Shown one piece after another: positions 1-13,300 of a stretch of 64,000 nucleotides of DNA; the first letter of the stretch is position 1; each line of letters opens with the position of its first letter. Under the pieces are notes generated by a model. That model did no database searches. It was not told the DNA's origin and saw nothing but the letters and a program-made list of their open reading frames with translations. The position numbers were made by a program, and so were the translations under genes. The stretch lies in assembly GCF_000497125.1 (NCBI RefSeq), contig NC_090601.1, positions 186,001 through 250,000 on the forward strand, written 5' to 3'. Source of the stretch: Spironucleus salmonicida (Eukaryota).

Positions 1-626
1 TTCAGTTATTACACTTCAGTAAATAACGTATTTTCACAATTTAATACCAATTTTCCAGAATTTAATCCAAAGTTATAATTAAAAAGTACCTAATCTACTC
101 CATATAAGTAAATATCAGAGTCTAGAGTAATAATTACATCTGCAAGGTTTGTTCTATTCAAAAATGCAAGTTAAGCATCTGCTTCAAATGGAGATAGAAA
201 ACAGTAAAACTACTCATTTTGAAATTTTGAAATTAGAAATTCAGCAACATCTTTTACCTATTCAAAAGTAAAACTAATTGATTTTTATAATAATTTTGTT
301 TGATGTGAACCAGATGATGATATTGCTTCTTTTAAGGATCTATCCCTATTAATTTTTCTTGCTTCATTTGTAGGACGTTTAGCTGGTAAATAACCTCCAT
401 CAAAAACTAATATTGTATATTTAGAGTATTTTACAAATTGTAGTAAATACTTGTAAGTTTAATTTGCTATCTCAATAACAGATTTATGAATTAAAAGCTA
501 TTAAGAAAAATTTTAAGCAGCTTTATGTAATAAACAATGACCATCTATACCAATAGATTTATTTTAAAGAGATTTTAGTGATGTCTGCTATCCAGTCATG
601 TTTTCATTTAGCCCAGTAATCCCCAT
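1..626 (-). CDS. EXO1: Exonuclease 1 (XPG/FEN1-family 5' nuclease); 3' end lies outside the window
   Basis: Table-6 translation from ATG 626: MGITGLNENM...SIGIDGHCLLHKAA...VFDGGYLPAKRPTNEARK...SPFEADAQLAFLNRTNLADVIITLDSDILL. These match the XPG-N/XPG-I motifs of Exo1 (MGIxGL, VFDG, PYEADAQLA, TEDSD). Confidence 0.9.
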
Positions 627-683
627 TTTTAATATTTTATACATATTATATAGTTTTAAATATAAAATTTTCTTTTCACTCAT
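627..683. promoter_or_regulatory. Putative bidirectional AT-rich promoter (57 bp between divergent ATGs)
   Basis: The Exo1 ATG at 626(-) and the dynein ATG at 684(+) face apart across a nearly pure A/T spacer. Similar spacers occur at 49934-50003 and 54823-54869. Confidence 0.5.
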
Positions 684-3600
684 ATGGATAGCGAGGATGG
701 AAGAATATTATTTTTGAAATAAAGAGTTATTTAAACTCTCAAACCTAGGGAAGAAAAATGGAATAAATTAATAGACTAATTGGATGTATATGAAACATTG
801 TTATAATATTTTGAGTCAACAGAAGTAAATTAAATATTTATTTATTTGGATAAATAGGATAATTTACATCTAGAAAGGGAAGCTCCATCAGAGTTTAAAA
901 AATATGCACTAGCATTTGCAAAATTTTCAGATTAAGAAAAAATTTAAATAAATAATATTAAGATGATATTTTAATAGTATACTTTAGCTTCAAAAGAAAC
1001 AATTGGTAAGTTATAATTATTATATGGACCTTTGTTTTAGTAGTTTACAGATGATTTACCTGAAAGTGTTAGGCTTACCACACATTCTACATTATCAAAG
1101 CTTTATTTATAATTGTCTAGACCAGAATAAGGGGTTGCTCCGGTATTACCAGAATTACCAGATGAAATATATAATAAAATTAGTAATAAGTACAGCAAAG
1201 TTCCTTCATTGTTTTAGACTAATATTGGTCCTGAAAGAACAGTGGAAACATAATAGTGTTTGAGAGAAGCCGAATAATACTTATTAACCTGGAATAAAAT
1301 AATACTCTAAGAAATTAATTACAATTTACTTATTCAATATCCACACGAGGAGTTATTATTTTGGTCCAGTAAGTTATCCAACTTATAAGATTTAGAGATA
1401 TAATTTGAACATATTAAAGTATTATCTCTTAAACGATTCTTAACTAATTAAAAATCACCTTTGTTAGAAGTTATAGGCAAAACATTGGATACTATGAAAA
1501 ATAAAATTACTGAATGTGATAATAATTTATTATTTCTTAAGCCCTTAGAAGAGATTTTTGCTTTACTTGAGGATATATCGCAACTATCCAAAGTTACTAA
1601 CACATTCTTTAAAGCCTGCTCAATAATTACTGAGAATTCGTTATACTATAATAATCAAGAGCGTATAAAGATGTTCTTTAGAAGTTTTATTAACTAATTA
1701 ATTAAAACTATTTAATAATTTTTAGAGTTTGATAATATTTTAAAGGCAGATCCAATAGATTCATTACCTTTGGTTAATAAAGCAATTTTACTGTGCAAAT
1801 AAATTATATAAATTTATGACATTCATTACCTATCCTCTTGGCCATTTGCAAAAGAATTATTTTAAAATTTGAACTAATTTTATAACAGATTGAATGATAT
1901 CAAAACTATGTTATAAATCTGGATAAATCTGATGAAGTTAGAAAAATTAGAAGTTGGAGGATAAAACGGAGAATTAATATTTCATTAAGTTACCTAAATT
2001 TATAATTAATTCATCAATAGACTAATGATTTTATAAGAACCAGATTACGATCCTACTGATATAACTTAAAATAAATTTGACAAGGTATATATGGAATTTT
2101 TAAGATAATTTACAGAATGGGAAAAAAGATTAATTGGAATTTTATAAATGACTCTTTAATAAGATAATAAAATAGAATTTTATTGTGCAGTTATTTAACA
2201 ATTTTATGGTATATTAGAAAAAAGTGTATTAAAAGCAACTATAATAAAATAATTTTCATAATTTTAGAAAAAATTTCTAATTTTTATGCAAGAAAAATTA
2301 GTACTTATTTCTGAAAAATATAAAACTGTTTTATTTTCTGAATAAGTAAGATATAATATATAACTATAGTAAGTTATTCTTGAACAATTTGAGAAGGTAT
2401 AAATGATATATGAATCCATTGATGATGATTAGGTTTAATAAAAATTATAATCCATTGAAAAATAAGTTTAGTAAATTTCTACCAATCAGAATAACAAAAA
2501 TCAAGAATTATTTTAATAATGGCTACAATAAAATGATATATAGTTTTAACTTAGTAATTAATTATATTTAGTTAACATTGAATCAATTAATATTGAAACG
2601 GATTTAATAAAAATTTAAAGACATCAAGAATTAGACGAAAAATATACTCTAACACTTAATTATCATTCTGCTATTAAAGATTTTTTCTAAGACGCACATT
2701 CTTTTTCCCTGCTAGGATTTATTATACCTGAAAATTTAGTTGAAATTATTTATTAACATTCCCGGTTTGTAAATATTTAAAATGAGCTGAATATAAAATT
2801 TGAAGAATTTAATTATATTTAAAAAAATTTATCTTCAATAACCAAACCATTATTTTACTATGAGTTGGAACAAATTATAGATGTGATCTAACTAAATAAA
2901 AATAATCTAAAATGGAATTCAGCGGATTATCTTATTTAAGAATTTATTGATAAATTAGACATTATATCATCACTTAATATGAAAGTATTGTAACTGCGCC
3001 AGTTTTTTAAAACTTAAGACTAAATTGTTAAATAGCTGACTTAGTTATAATTATTTATTAAAATTAAATCATTATTTAATTTAGTGGACATCTAAAAATA
3101 GATCCCAATAAAGTTTAACACTATTAAAGAAAAACATTTTGATAATACAATTGAATAACTGTCATAAATTAAATAATCTGTTACAGATAGTAATTTATAA
3201 AATTGGGATAATTTTTTAATGTTTTAAACCTAAACACTTGCAAACTAACTTATATAATTAATTTTATTTTTATCAAGTAAGTTGATGAGTTAAATAGATG
3301 AATCTGAATAGTTTTCCTATTGTGATCTATTTTAAAAATAAAATCTCTTAAATGAAAATGCTTAACATTCAATTGAAATTTAAGCTATATTAAGACCCCC
3401 AATAGCATTATGTGATCCTAGTATTACTGATATTGATGGGCGAATAACTTTAGAAAAATTATTTTTAAATATATTTGATGAAATTTGCCAATTAGGTAAA
3501 TACTTGCCTAATTTAAGTGAATATGTAGATTAAAAATATTTAAGGTAAAATGAATATAAAAATTATGTTATTTATTGTTAAACTGCTTAAGAAGTGACCA

Positions 3601-6600
3601 GTTAAAAGAATAAGATTAGACATAAAATTTAAAGAAGGTGTAAGCTTGTTTAAGAAGAAATGAACATTCTATAAAAATATTATTATTTATATGAAATAGA
3701 CAAAAAATAATTCCTGTAAAGCTATTTAACATATGGACCTAATATAAATTGGCAAGGTATTCCAGAAGAATCAAAATTATAAGAAACTTAAAAAGTTATT
3801 AGAGAATAGTAGATTTAAGGTGAAGATGAAGTTACCACTATTAAGTCAGAAATAGATGTCTAATACTATAGAGAACCAGATCTGTATGATTTTAACGATA
3901 CTTTAAAAAGGTTTCAACAAATTGGAGAGGAATTATCCGCAGACTTACCTTTATAAAAAAGATTAGGGTGGATTTTACTTAACTTCAGACCCGTAAGAAG
4001 GTAACTGCAATAGAGTTCTGATCTTTTTAAATAGATGTTCCTGTAGCATTTAGTAACCTCTACATAACAACAACTGGAAAATTATGAACGATTTTTCGAT
4101 GAATCTCTTACATTGTTATAAAAAGCTGAATAAATACCAATGGGTTTAGATTTTGAGTAATTGCTAAGAACATATAAGTAAGTTAAATCTGAGGAACGAG
4201 TAATTAATTAAAAGTTTGAACCTCTTAAGAATACATTGTAGTTGCTAAAATCTCTAGAAGCAAATTATCCTGAATAATTAGAAAAGCTAATTGAAACTTA
4301 GCCTAACAAATGGATAAATGTAAAATAAGTTTGTCTTAAACAACAAGAATATATTTATTCAAAATAGTAAGAATAAGGAGGATTGTATTAAGAATAATAT
4401 TATGAATTCGCACAAGAGATAACAATCTATAAAGAGAAATATTTATAAAACCAAGCATTTAGTATTTAAGATAATGATGAAGCTTATTGTTTAATTGATA
4501 ATGTATATTAATATATTGAAAATTTATTACTTAAAGCCTTAATCTATGATGAGAAGTTGAAAATATTTGATTTTTCTACATAAAAGATTCCAGAGATAGA
4601 TATTATTGATCAACTTAAAAATGATCTAAAACTTCTTAAGACAACACGTGATGTTGGCGATATGATTTAAACATGGTTTTCAGAATTTGGAAAATCATTA
4701 TTTAAAACAATAAATACTGAAATATTAGAAGATAATATTAAAGCCTTAACTAAAGAATTCAAGAATATAAATAAGAATGCAAGAAAATTTGAGTATTATA
4801 AATATTTAGATAACCTTTTGAAAAATTTTTCAAAACTTTTACCTATTATAAATAATTTACGATCTCCCGCTGTAGAAGAGAAGCATATAAATTAAATTAA
4901 AGAAATAACAGGTAAAGATATTAATTTGTAAATGTCATTTAACGAGATTGTATAATTAGGTTTAGGCGAATTCGAAGAAGAAATAGTAACAGTTGTTGCA
5001 AAAGCTGAAAAAGAATTAACAATAGTGGAGTATATGCGTAATTTAGGTAGTTTTTGGTAAGTTCAAGAATTCAGTTTTATAAGAGTAGGCGATTAAACTG
5101 GATAAATTATGACAGTAGATGATGTTTTAAAAGATAAAGAATCTCAATTATATTCTATCATGATATCAGAAGATTTAAATGATACATTAGAATCAGATTT
5201 GATGACATTAGGTTAAATGTTAGCGAATAAATTGTTAACAGATTCACATCCAAGATTTAAAGAATGGTAAAATAAATTAGTTATATTAGACTCAGTAATT
5301 CAAACTTGGTTGAATGACTAAAAAGTTTGGTCTTACTTATATCCAATCTTTATGCTATCAGACGATATAAAATAGTAAATGCCAGAGGAAACCATCATTT
5401 TTTAGAAAGCACACAGTAGATATATTACGGAAATAAAATATGCTATCTATCATCCAGTAGCATTATAATTAGCAATTAAAGAAAACTTTTTGGGTTCATT
5501 AGAGGAAATTTAATTAAACCTGCATACGTGTGAGAAAAAATTAAATGACTACCTTGACCAGAAAAGAAAAATTTTTCCAAGATTTTTCTTCATTTCATCT
5601 GTTGATCTATTAGATATCCTCTCAAAAAGTAACTAGCCAATTTTAGTTGAAAAGCACTTGTCAAAACTAACCGATAATACTAAAAATATGTTATGGAACG
5701 GGGATAAAACTATTGGTATGGAATCATCTGAAGGAGAAAAAGTTAATTTCCCAGAAATACACCTAATTGGTCCAGTAGAAATATGGATGGAGTAATTTTT
5801 GGTATCTTCCAGAAACTCCTTAATGCAATTAATTAACTAAGCTTTAATTTTTATTGCAGAAAATAATGATAAATTAGCATTTTTGAATAATTTTCCAGCA
5901 CAAATAACACTTCTAGCACTTTAAATTGTATGGACTCAAGAAACCTTTGCTATTTTGGAGAAAGCTGAACTAGGGGACGATGTAGCTGTAAAAGAATATA
6001 ATAAGAAATAGAACGAGTAGCTGCTGGAATATATTAAACTTATTTAAACAACGTAAGACAAGTAATTTAGACAGAAAATATCAACCATATGCACAATTGA
6101 AGTACATAATAAGGATGTTGTTAGTGATTTAGCAAAATAAAAAGTAGATACACCGAACGCATTTTAGTGGTAATGTTAACTCAAATTTCATTATACAGAT
6201 ACATGTTTTTCAACAATCTGTGATGCAAGGTTCTAATACAGTTATGAGTATCTAGGCAATAATACTAGACTCGTTATCACACCATTAACGGATCGTTGTT
6301 ACATAACCTTGACATAAAGCCTTCATCTTATGCTGGGGGGAGCCCCAGCAGGGCCTGCTGGAACAGGAAAAACGGAAACTACAAAGGATTTAGGTAAGGC
6401 ACTGGGTAGAATGGTATATGTGTTCAACTGTTCACCTGAGATGGACTTTAAGTCATTAGGCTCCATTTTTTACGGGCTGGCAATTTCTGGTTCATGGGGC
6501 TGCTTTGATGAATTTAATAGAATAGAAGTTGAAGTATTATCAGTTGTTGCAATGTAAGTTAAAACAGTACTAGATGCAATTAGGGCTTAAAAAATATTTT

Positions 6601-6947
6601 TCTCATTAGATTAAGATGAAGAAAATCCAACTACACGACTTAATTCTGACGTCGGATATTTTATTACAATGAATCCTGGTTATGCTGGTAGAACTGAGCT
6701 TCCAGATAATTTAAAAGCATTATTCAGAGGTGTAGCTATGGTTGTTCCTGACTTTTGTTAAATTACAGAGATTATGTTAGTATCAAATGGTTTTATTTCT
6801 GCACGAAATCTAGCAAAAAAATTCACTACATTATATAGTTTAAATAGAGAACTACTATCGAAATAAGATCATTATGATTGGGGCTTAAGGGCTATTATAG
6901 CTATTTGTAGGACAGCTGGCATGTTGAGAAGAGAGATGATAAAGTGA
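684..6947 (+). CDS. Axonemal outer-arm dynein heavy chain (beta-like), N-terminal half only: tail + linker + AAA1, ~2087 aa
   Basis: Single frame from [29 protein letters not shown] through [39 protein letters not shown], Walker [44 protein letters not shown] and HYDWGLRAI, then AAG TGA at 6942-6947. Confidence 0.92.
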
Positions 6948-7002
6948 TCCAGGTATTCTTTTTAAAGGAACAAACAATTATATACTTGAATAAATATTTC
7001 AA

Positions 7003-10000
7003 TCACTCACACTATTAATTGCTCTATCTCTAATTAAGCACTTTTATTAAATATTTCTATTAATCTAATTGTTAAAGTAAATCCCTATTTTCCTATCGTA
7101 GTTTAATCATTAAAGATGAATTTGATGTCTAATAATCTTCATCAAAAGATAACTATAATGTACTAAAAGAACTATTTAAATTATTATGTGATCTAATAAG
7201 TAATTTTTATTCTTATAACTAACGACGCAGATCTAAGCATTGTTTGACTAATTATTATGTATTAGTATCCGTAATGCTTTATATAGTATAATCTAAATCT
7301 TTTTATAATTATATTATTTATTGATTTTTAAGATCAAAGTCTTTATTGAAAATTGACTGTTTACTTGTTTCCTTCATACTCAGTTAACTTTTCTCAATAA
7401 TAAAAGAACTAGATTATAAATTATCAATAGTAGCTGATGTTTATTCTAACTAGTTTTTCTACAAAATGATAATATTTTCTTTTTATATGATTACTTTTTA
7501 TAGCTCATCAATTTAATCCTTGGCATATTACAGCTATACACTAATACTTTATCTTTCTATTTATGAATTATTTAACATATCTTCAATTTACTATTCCAAA
7601 ATATTCATTTCTTCTTACTTAGAATTCATAGAGCTCTATTAAAGATCCATATTATGTTATTAAATGAGCTCAGACTATTATTATAATTACTCAATATGCT
7701 ATTGCTAAGAGAATAACCTGAGTTCTAGAATCTTAATACTTTTATGATTAGATTATAACAACTAATCCTAGCCAATTTTTTCATCCTAGCATTTCGTAGT
7801 TAAATCATTGCTTTGACTCAATTATTATTATAGACTAGCTTCTATGATTTAATGTTCTTTGATAATTTCTTCTAGTTTAAATTCTAATTACTATATGACT
7901 ACAATAGCATCTTTTTTTTGTTATTCAATAATACTGACCTAATTTTTCAATCTATCAACTTAAACAATAGTTTACTAATTCAATACCTGTTGTTATAGTA
8001 ATTTTTATTGATCTGACTAACAATTTGACATTTTATTAAAGTGTATTTCATGATCATTTTATAATTGCTAGCATTTATGTTATATTAAACTTAATTCCTC
8101 TGAAATCTAGACCTGTTCAGATATAATATCTACTATAATATTAGTTAAATCTTTTGTTTCATCATAAAAATTAGGTAAATTTAAACATTAATCAATATTC
8201 TTGAGTAATTTAGAAAATTTTAATATTTATTATTCCAAATTTTTGATTTTATTTTCAGCTTAACGTAATGTTTTTTAACTTATATTATGACTTTCTTTTA
8301 ATTAATTAACTTATGAGTTTAATATATTTTCATGATTATTAGCAGAATTCTAATATTAAAGTATTTCTCTATCTTTCAGTAAAATTACTTTTTCTAGTTC
8401 TAACTATTAGTGTTTTAACTCTTTACATTCTATATTTTATTAATCTTGAATATTTTTAGCCAAAATATTACTATTATATACTATTTGCTATTAATCTTGC
8501 TTTAACTGCTAAATTTACCGATCCTTTTCTAATTCTATTTAGAAAACTTAATCTTTGGCTCTAATAAGTTTTTAAGAAACAATCTATAATTCCTCTGTAA
8601 AATTTTATGATTCTCGCTCATACAACAATTATTTTTGCTAGATTTAATTTTAATAATCTTCAGTTTATTATTAATGAATGCGACTTTAATTAGTAAAATT
8701 ATATTCCATCTTATCAATCTCTTCCTATTTTTATACATACTAAGCTTTTAGTTAAGTTAATTTATCAGCTATATTTTACAGTTCTTCTTTTTGATCTGTC
8801 TCTCTACTATAAAGAGTTCTTATCTTTTTTGTTAGCTACTCGACTTCATATTCTAGTTTTTAATTTATTTCCACAATCTTTGTCAATTAATTACTATCTA
8901 GTATGCTTGAATTATCTTAATTTTGAATGGGCTATTTAATAGATTCTGTGCTAGATTTAAGTTAGCATAATAGGTTTTCATTTTATTAATTTACAAATTC
9001 TACTTTTTTTTTAAGTTAATGTGAGTCTTCTTTTGCTTATTATAATTTTAATGTTACTTCTTTAATGAGCTCATCTTACTCTTTTATAAGTTATTACTAA
9101 TTTATTAAGTTTTAAAATGATAGTTCAGTTTAAATAATTCTACTACAAATAAAATGCTCTGTCTCAGAACTTTAATCATATTTTTCTATAACATGGTTAG
9201 CTTTTATAGTTATCAGTAGAAGCTAATCTTGTAAGGACTATTTTTCAGATTATAATAAATTTAAATCCTATTGGATTAATTCATAATTATATTTCAACGT
9301 CTCATACTAAATATGTAATTTACTACTTTATATTTCTTATTCCTCATATTCAAGCATTTTTGTATTTAAATTTAGATTTTGTCTCACTAATTACTCATTC
9401 TGATGTAGTAAATTAGTAACTATTGAAGTTTAGTTTTACAATTGGTTAGATTCTTAGGTTAATTAGTCTTATAATGAAACAATTTATTGCTATTTACAAT
9501 TATTTTAATTATTAAATTCATCAATTTACCCAAATAATAGTAATATATTTTAAATTATATCTTGCTCTTGGCATTAAAGTGTATTCGCTATTTCAGATAA
9601 AATAAACTCGAAATTTGTATTATCACTACATTTAGATATGAGAGTCATGTTGTGTTCTTGATATTCCTATAATTATACTTTTGTATCTCGATTCTCTGAT
9701 TAAGAAAATAAAAATAAATGTTATAGCATTGAAAATGTATTAGTTAATGATAATACTTACTTATCTAGTAAATGAAGTTTCTCTTATAACAAATTTGAAA
9801 TATTATATATATCAGGAGGTTATTCTTATACTAAAGAGGTAAACATACTTGAAAATTGACTTTTTTATCCAAGTATTTCATTAAATGAACATTAAAGTGA
9901 AGTTATCGCATTTTAATTGGTATCTATTATACTAACTCCTCGAGTAATTTGCTGAGATTTAGATCTATTTCGATAGGGAGATTGCTATTAAAGTTTTTAC

Positions 10001-10011
10001 ACAATTGACAT
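7003..10011 (-). CDS. Coiled-coil hypothetical protein (~1002 aa)
   Basis: ATG 10011 (MSIVQKLQQQSPYRNRSKS...). Q/E/K/L-rich frame ending GAG TGA (AGTGA) at 7003. Spot-checked only. Confidence 0.75.
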
Positions 10012-10318
10012 TTTGGCGGAGTGAAAACAATATTCTGTCAAATACCCTATATATTAATAATTTATTTGTAGAACATTGTTGTGAAAAAATATAAATGTAA
10101 TAGTATTTTATATTGCTATGTTTACAGTTTTAAGTCAATGCTAGATATTCTTATAGACACTTGTGTATACTTATTTTATTGCAATAAATAACTCGATATA
10201 CGATAAGATAATTGTTAGTTTAAATATAAGTATTTTTATAGAATATTATATTCAAAGTAGAATATTAGGATTATCATTATTATTATATCTAATCTATGTA
10301 AAAATTGTGAAGAATACA

Positions 10319-13300
10319 ATGGATAATTTAAAGATATCAGAGTTAACACGCACACCTACCTTATAGACTCATTATAAAAAATCCTTACTAAATAGATCTT
10401 CTAGATCAAAGTCAACATTAGATGCTCCTGTAGTATCAGCTGTTACTGCTTAAGCTATTTAACTACTTCATTAGTCGTTCAAAGATTTAGCAAAAAGTTA
10501 AAACCATATGCAATAACATATAGATTTCAAGATATTACGCTTCGATTTTGAGCTATTACCTTTGAAGTTAAAGTATTTGTAAAATAAAATTCAAAAACTT
10601 GAAAATATTGTGTCAAAGCTTTAAATTTAATAATAAAACAAATAATTTACTGTAAAAACTTAGCAATAGATATAATAATCATTAAATGAGTTAAGTGAAT
10701 TCAATGATAGTTTAAGAAAGTAAGTAAATGATCAATAATGTAAATTAAGTAGTAATAATAATATGAAAAATAATATTTAATAAGTACTTTTGAAACATAA
10801 TTTTGATAAATTCCATCAAAAATCAGAAATTTAAAGAGATTAATATGTTGATGAGATCGGTATCCAGTTAGATCGAATTTTAGATCAAAAGTATTTAATC
10901 AAATAACTTAATGATATATTTGATTAAAAATTTATAAATATGGATTAGGTTATTGAATATTCAAGTAAATTAAAAATTTCTGAGATTTCAAGACGGGAAA
11001 GTAACAAATCAAGACGAGAAAGTGGTAGTTTTGCTGAACAAGATAAAGGGTATTACCAATAATTATGTTAAATGACTAAACAAAACGAATCATTAATCAA
11101 TGAAAATGTGCTTAAAAATGATCTATTGAAAGATCTTAAGATTTAACTTTAAGGATAGATTAAACGGCATGAAAACTATTAGAAAAAGATAGAGATAGAA
11201 AAAGAGAAAGAAAATCAATATTTTGTTATTAAAATACAAGATTTAGAGAAAGAGATCTAATAATTAAGAGATAGAGATACTGAATTCTAATAATTATAAG
11301 CTGAGAAAGACAGATTAATATAACAATATGTTGTTGCATTTTCGGAAAATATAAATATTGTTGAAGAAGTAAAGAAGTAAAATGATGATATAGCATCAGC
11401 TATAAATTCTATTCATAATAATAGTGGTAATAAAAATGATAATTTTAGTGTACTAAATGAAATAAAATAGTAATTGGGACAGTTAGACGATTTCAAAATT
11501 ACATATAGTTAATAATAACAAAACTATAATCTATTAAATTAAGTGTCATAAACCTAATAGTATTTAATAGATAGTTTTAAATCATTATAGTAGTAAGAAA
11601 AATATAATGACAAAATACTTCTTTTATAAGAAAAAATAATAAATTATGAACTAACATTACATGATCATCAAAATAATAATTAATAATAGACGTAGGAAAT
11701 AGAGCATCTACGCATGATAAATAAGGAAGCGGGGTCCGAGCTGAAGAACTTCTAGTAGGTGCTGATGTTAAAAGAGTAGTCGCATTGCGCACTTCAGCAG
11801 GAAGTCGATGGACTTTAAGTCTAGCTGGAGGAGACCAAGTTATTCTATGAAGGGAAGCAGGCAACCGACAAGTCTATGCAAATGTCACAGTACGCCTTGC
11901 CGGTATCATTGCAAACTAGTGCCCTCGTCGATTCGCAGGTGAGTGTCTTACGCAACGAAACGGTGGAGCTCTAGCAAAAGGCTTAGGAGCTAGAAGCTCA
12001 TGTTGATAAGTAAACAGAGTAACTTGTAAAAGTTACTTAGGACAAGGATACCAGAGAGAGGTAGATATAAAATCTTGCCTCTGAAAATGCTTAGCTTACT
12101 GGGCAGTTAGAGGATTTGAGATACTCAGTGCTGAATGAGTCTAAAACTATTGAAGGCAATTAGAAAACGATTGGAAATTTAAGGGAGGAACTAGTTCATA
12201 CATAGGCAATGGTTGACAAACTAATTGCCGAAAAGCAATAAAATATCTCAGCATCTACAGAGTAGCGCATGAACGAAACTAAACTTATGGAGCATATCAA
12301 CTCACTAGTTACTGAATAGTAGCAAGGTGTCACGACGATTTAAACATTACAATAGGAAATAGAGCATCTACGCATGATAAATAAGGAAGCGGGGTCCGAG
12401 CTGAAGAACTTCTAGTAGGTGCTGATGTTAAAAGAGTAGTCGCATTGCGCACTTCAGCAGGAAGTCGATGGACTTTAAGTCTAGCTGGAGGAGACCAAGT
12501 TATTCTATGAAGGGAAGCAGGCAACCGACAAGTCTATGCAAATGTCACAGTACGCCTTGCCGGTATCATTGCAAACTAGTGCCCTCGTCGATTCGCAGGT
12601 GAGTGTCTTACGCAACGAAACGGTGGAGCTCTAGCAAAAGGCTTAGGAGCTAGAAGCTCATGTTGATAAGTAAACAGAGTAACTTGTAAAAGTTACTTAG
12701 GACAAGGATACCAGAGAGAGGTAGATATAAAATCTTGCCTCTGAAAATGCTTAGCTTACTGGGCAGTTAGAGGATTTGAGATACTCAGTGCTGAATGAGT
12801 CTAAAACTATTGAAGGCAATTAGAAAACGATTGGAAATTTAAGGGAGGAACTAGTTCATACATAGGCAATGGTTGACAAACTAATTGCCGAAAAGCAATA
12901 AAATATCTCAGCATCTACAGAGTAGCGCATGAACGAAACTAAACTTATGGAGCATATCAACTCACTAGTTACTGAATAGTAGCAAGGTGTCACGACGATT
13001 TAAACATTACAATAGGAAATAGAGCATCTACGCATGATAAATAAGGAAGCGGGGTCCGAGCTGAAGAACTTCTAGTAGGTGCTGATGTTAAAAGAGTAGT
13101 CGCATTGCGCACTTCAGCAGGAAGTCGATGGACTTTAAGTCTAGCTGGAGGAGACCAAGTTATTCTATGAAGGGAAGCAGGCAACCGACAAGTCTATGCA
13201 AATGTCACAGTACGCCTTGCCGGTATCATTGCAAACTAGTGCCCTCGTCGATTCGCAGGTGAGTGTCTTACGCAACGAAACGGTGGAGCTCTAGCAAAAG

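Noticed and set aside
6945-6989. Readthrough, selenocysteine or a cis-intron rescuing the dynein stop
   Set aside because: The in-frame continuation (SRYSFQRNKQLYT) is not dynein-like and stops at 6987. The next gene ends at 7003, and I saw no further dynein sequence in the window.
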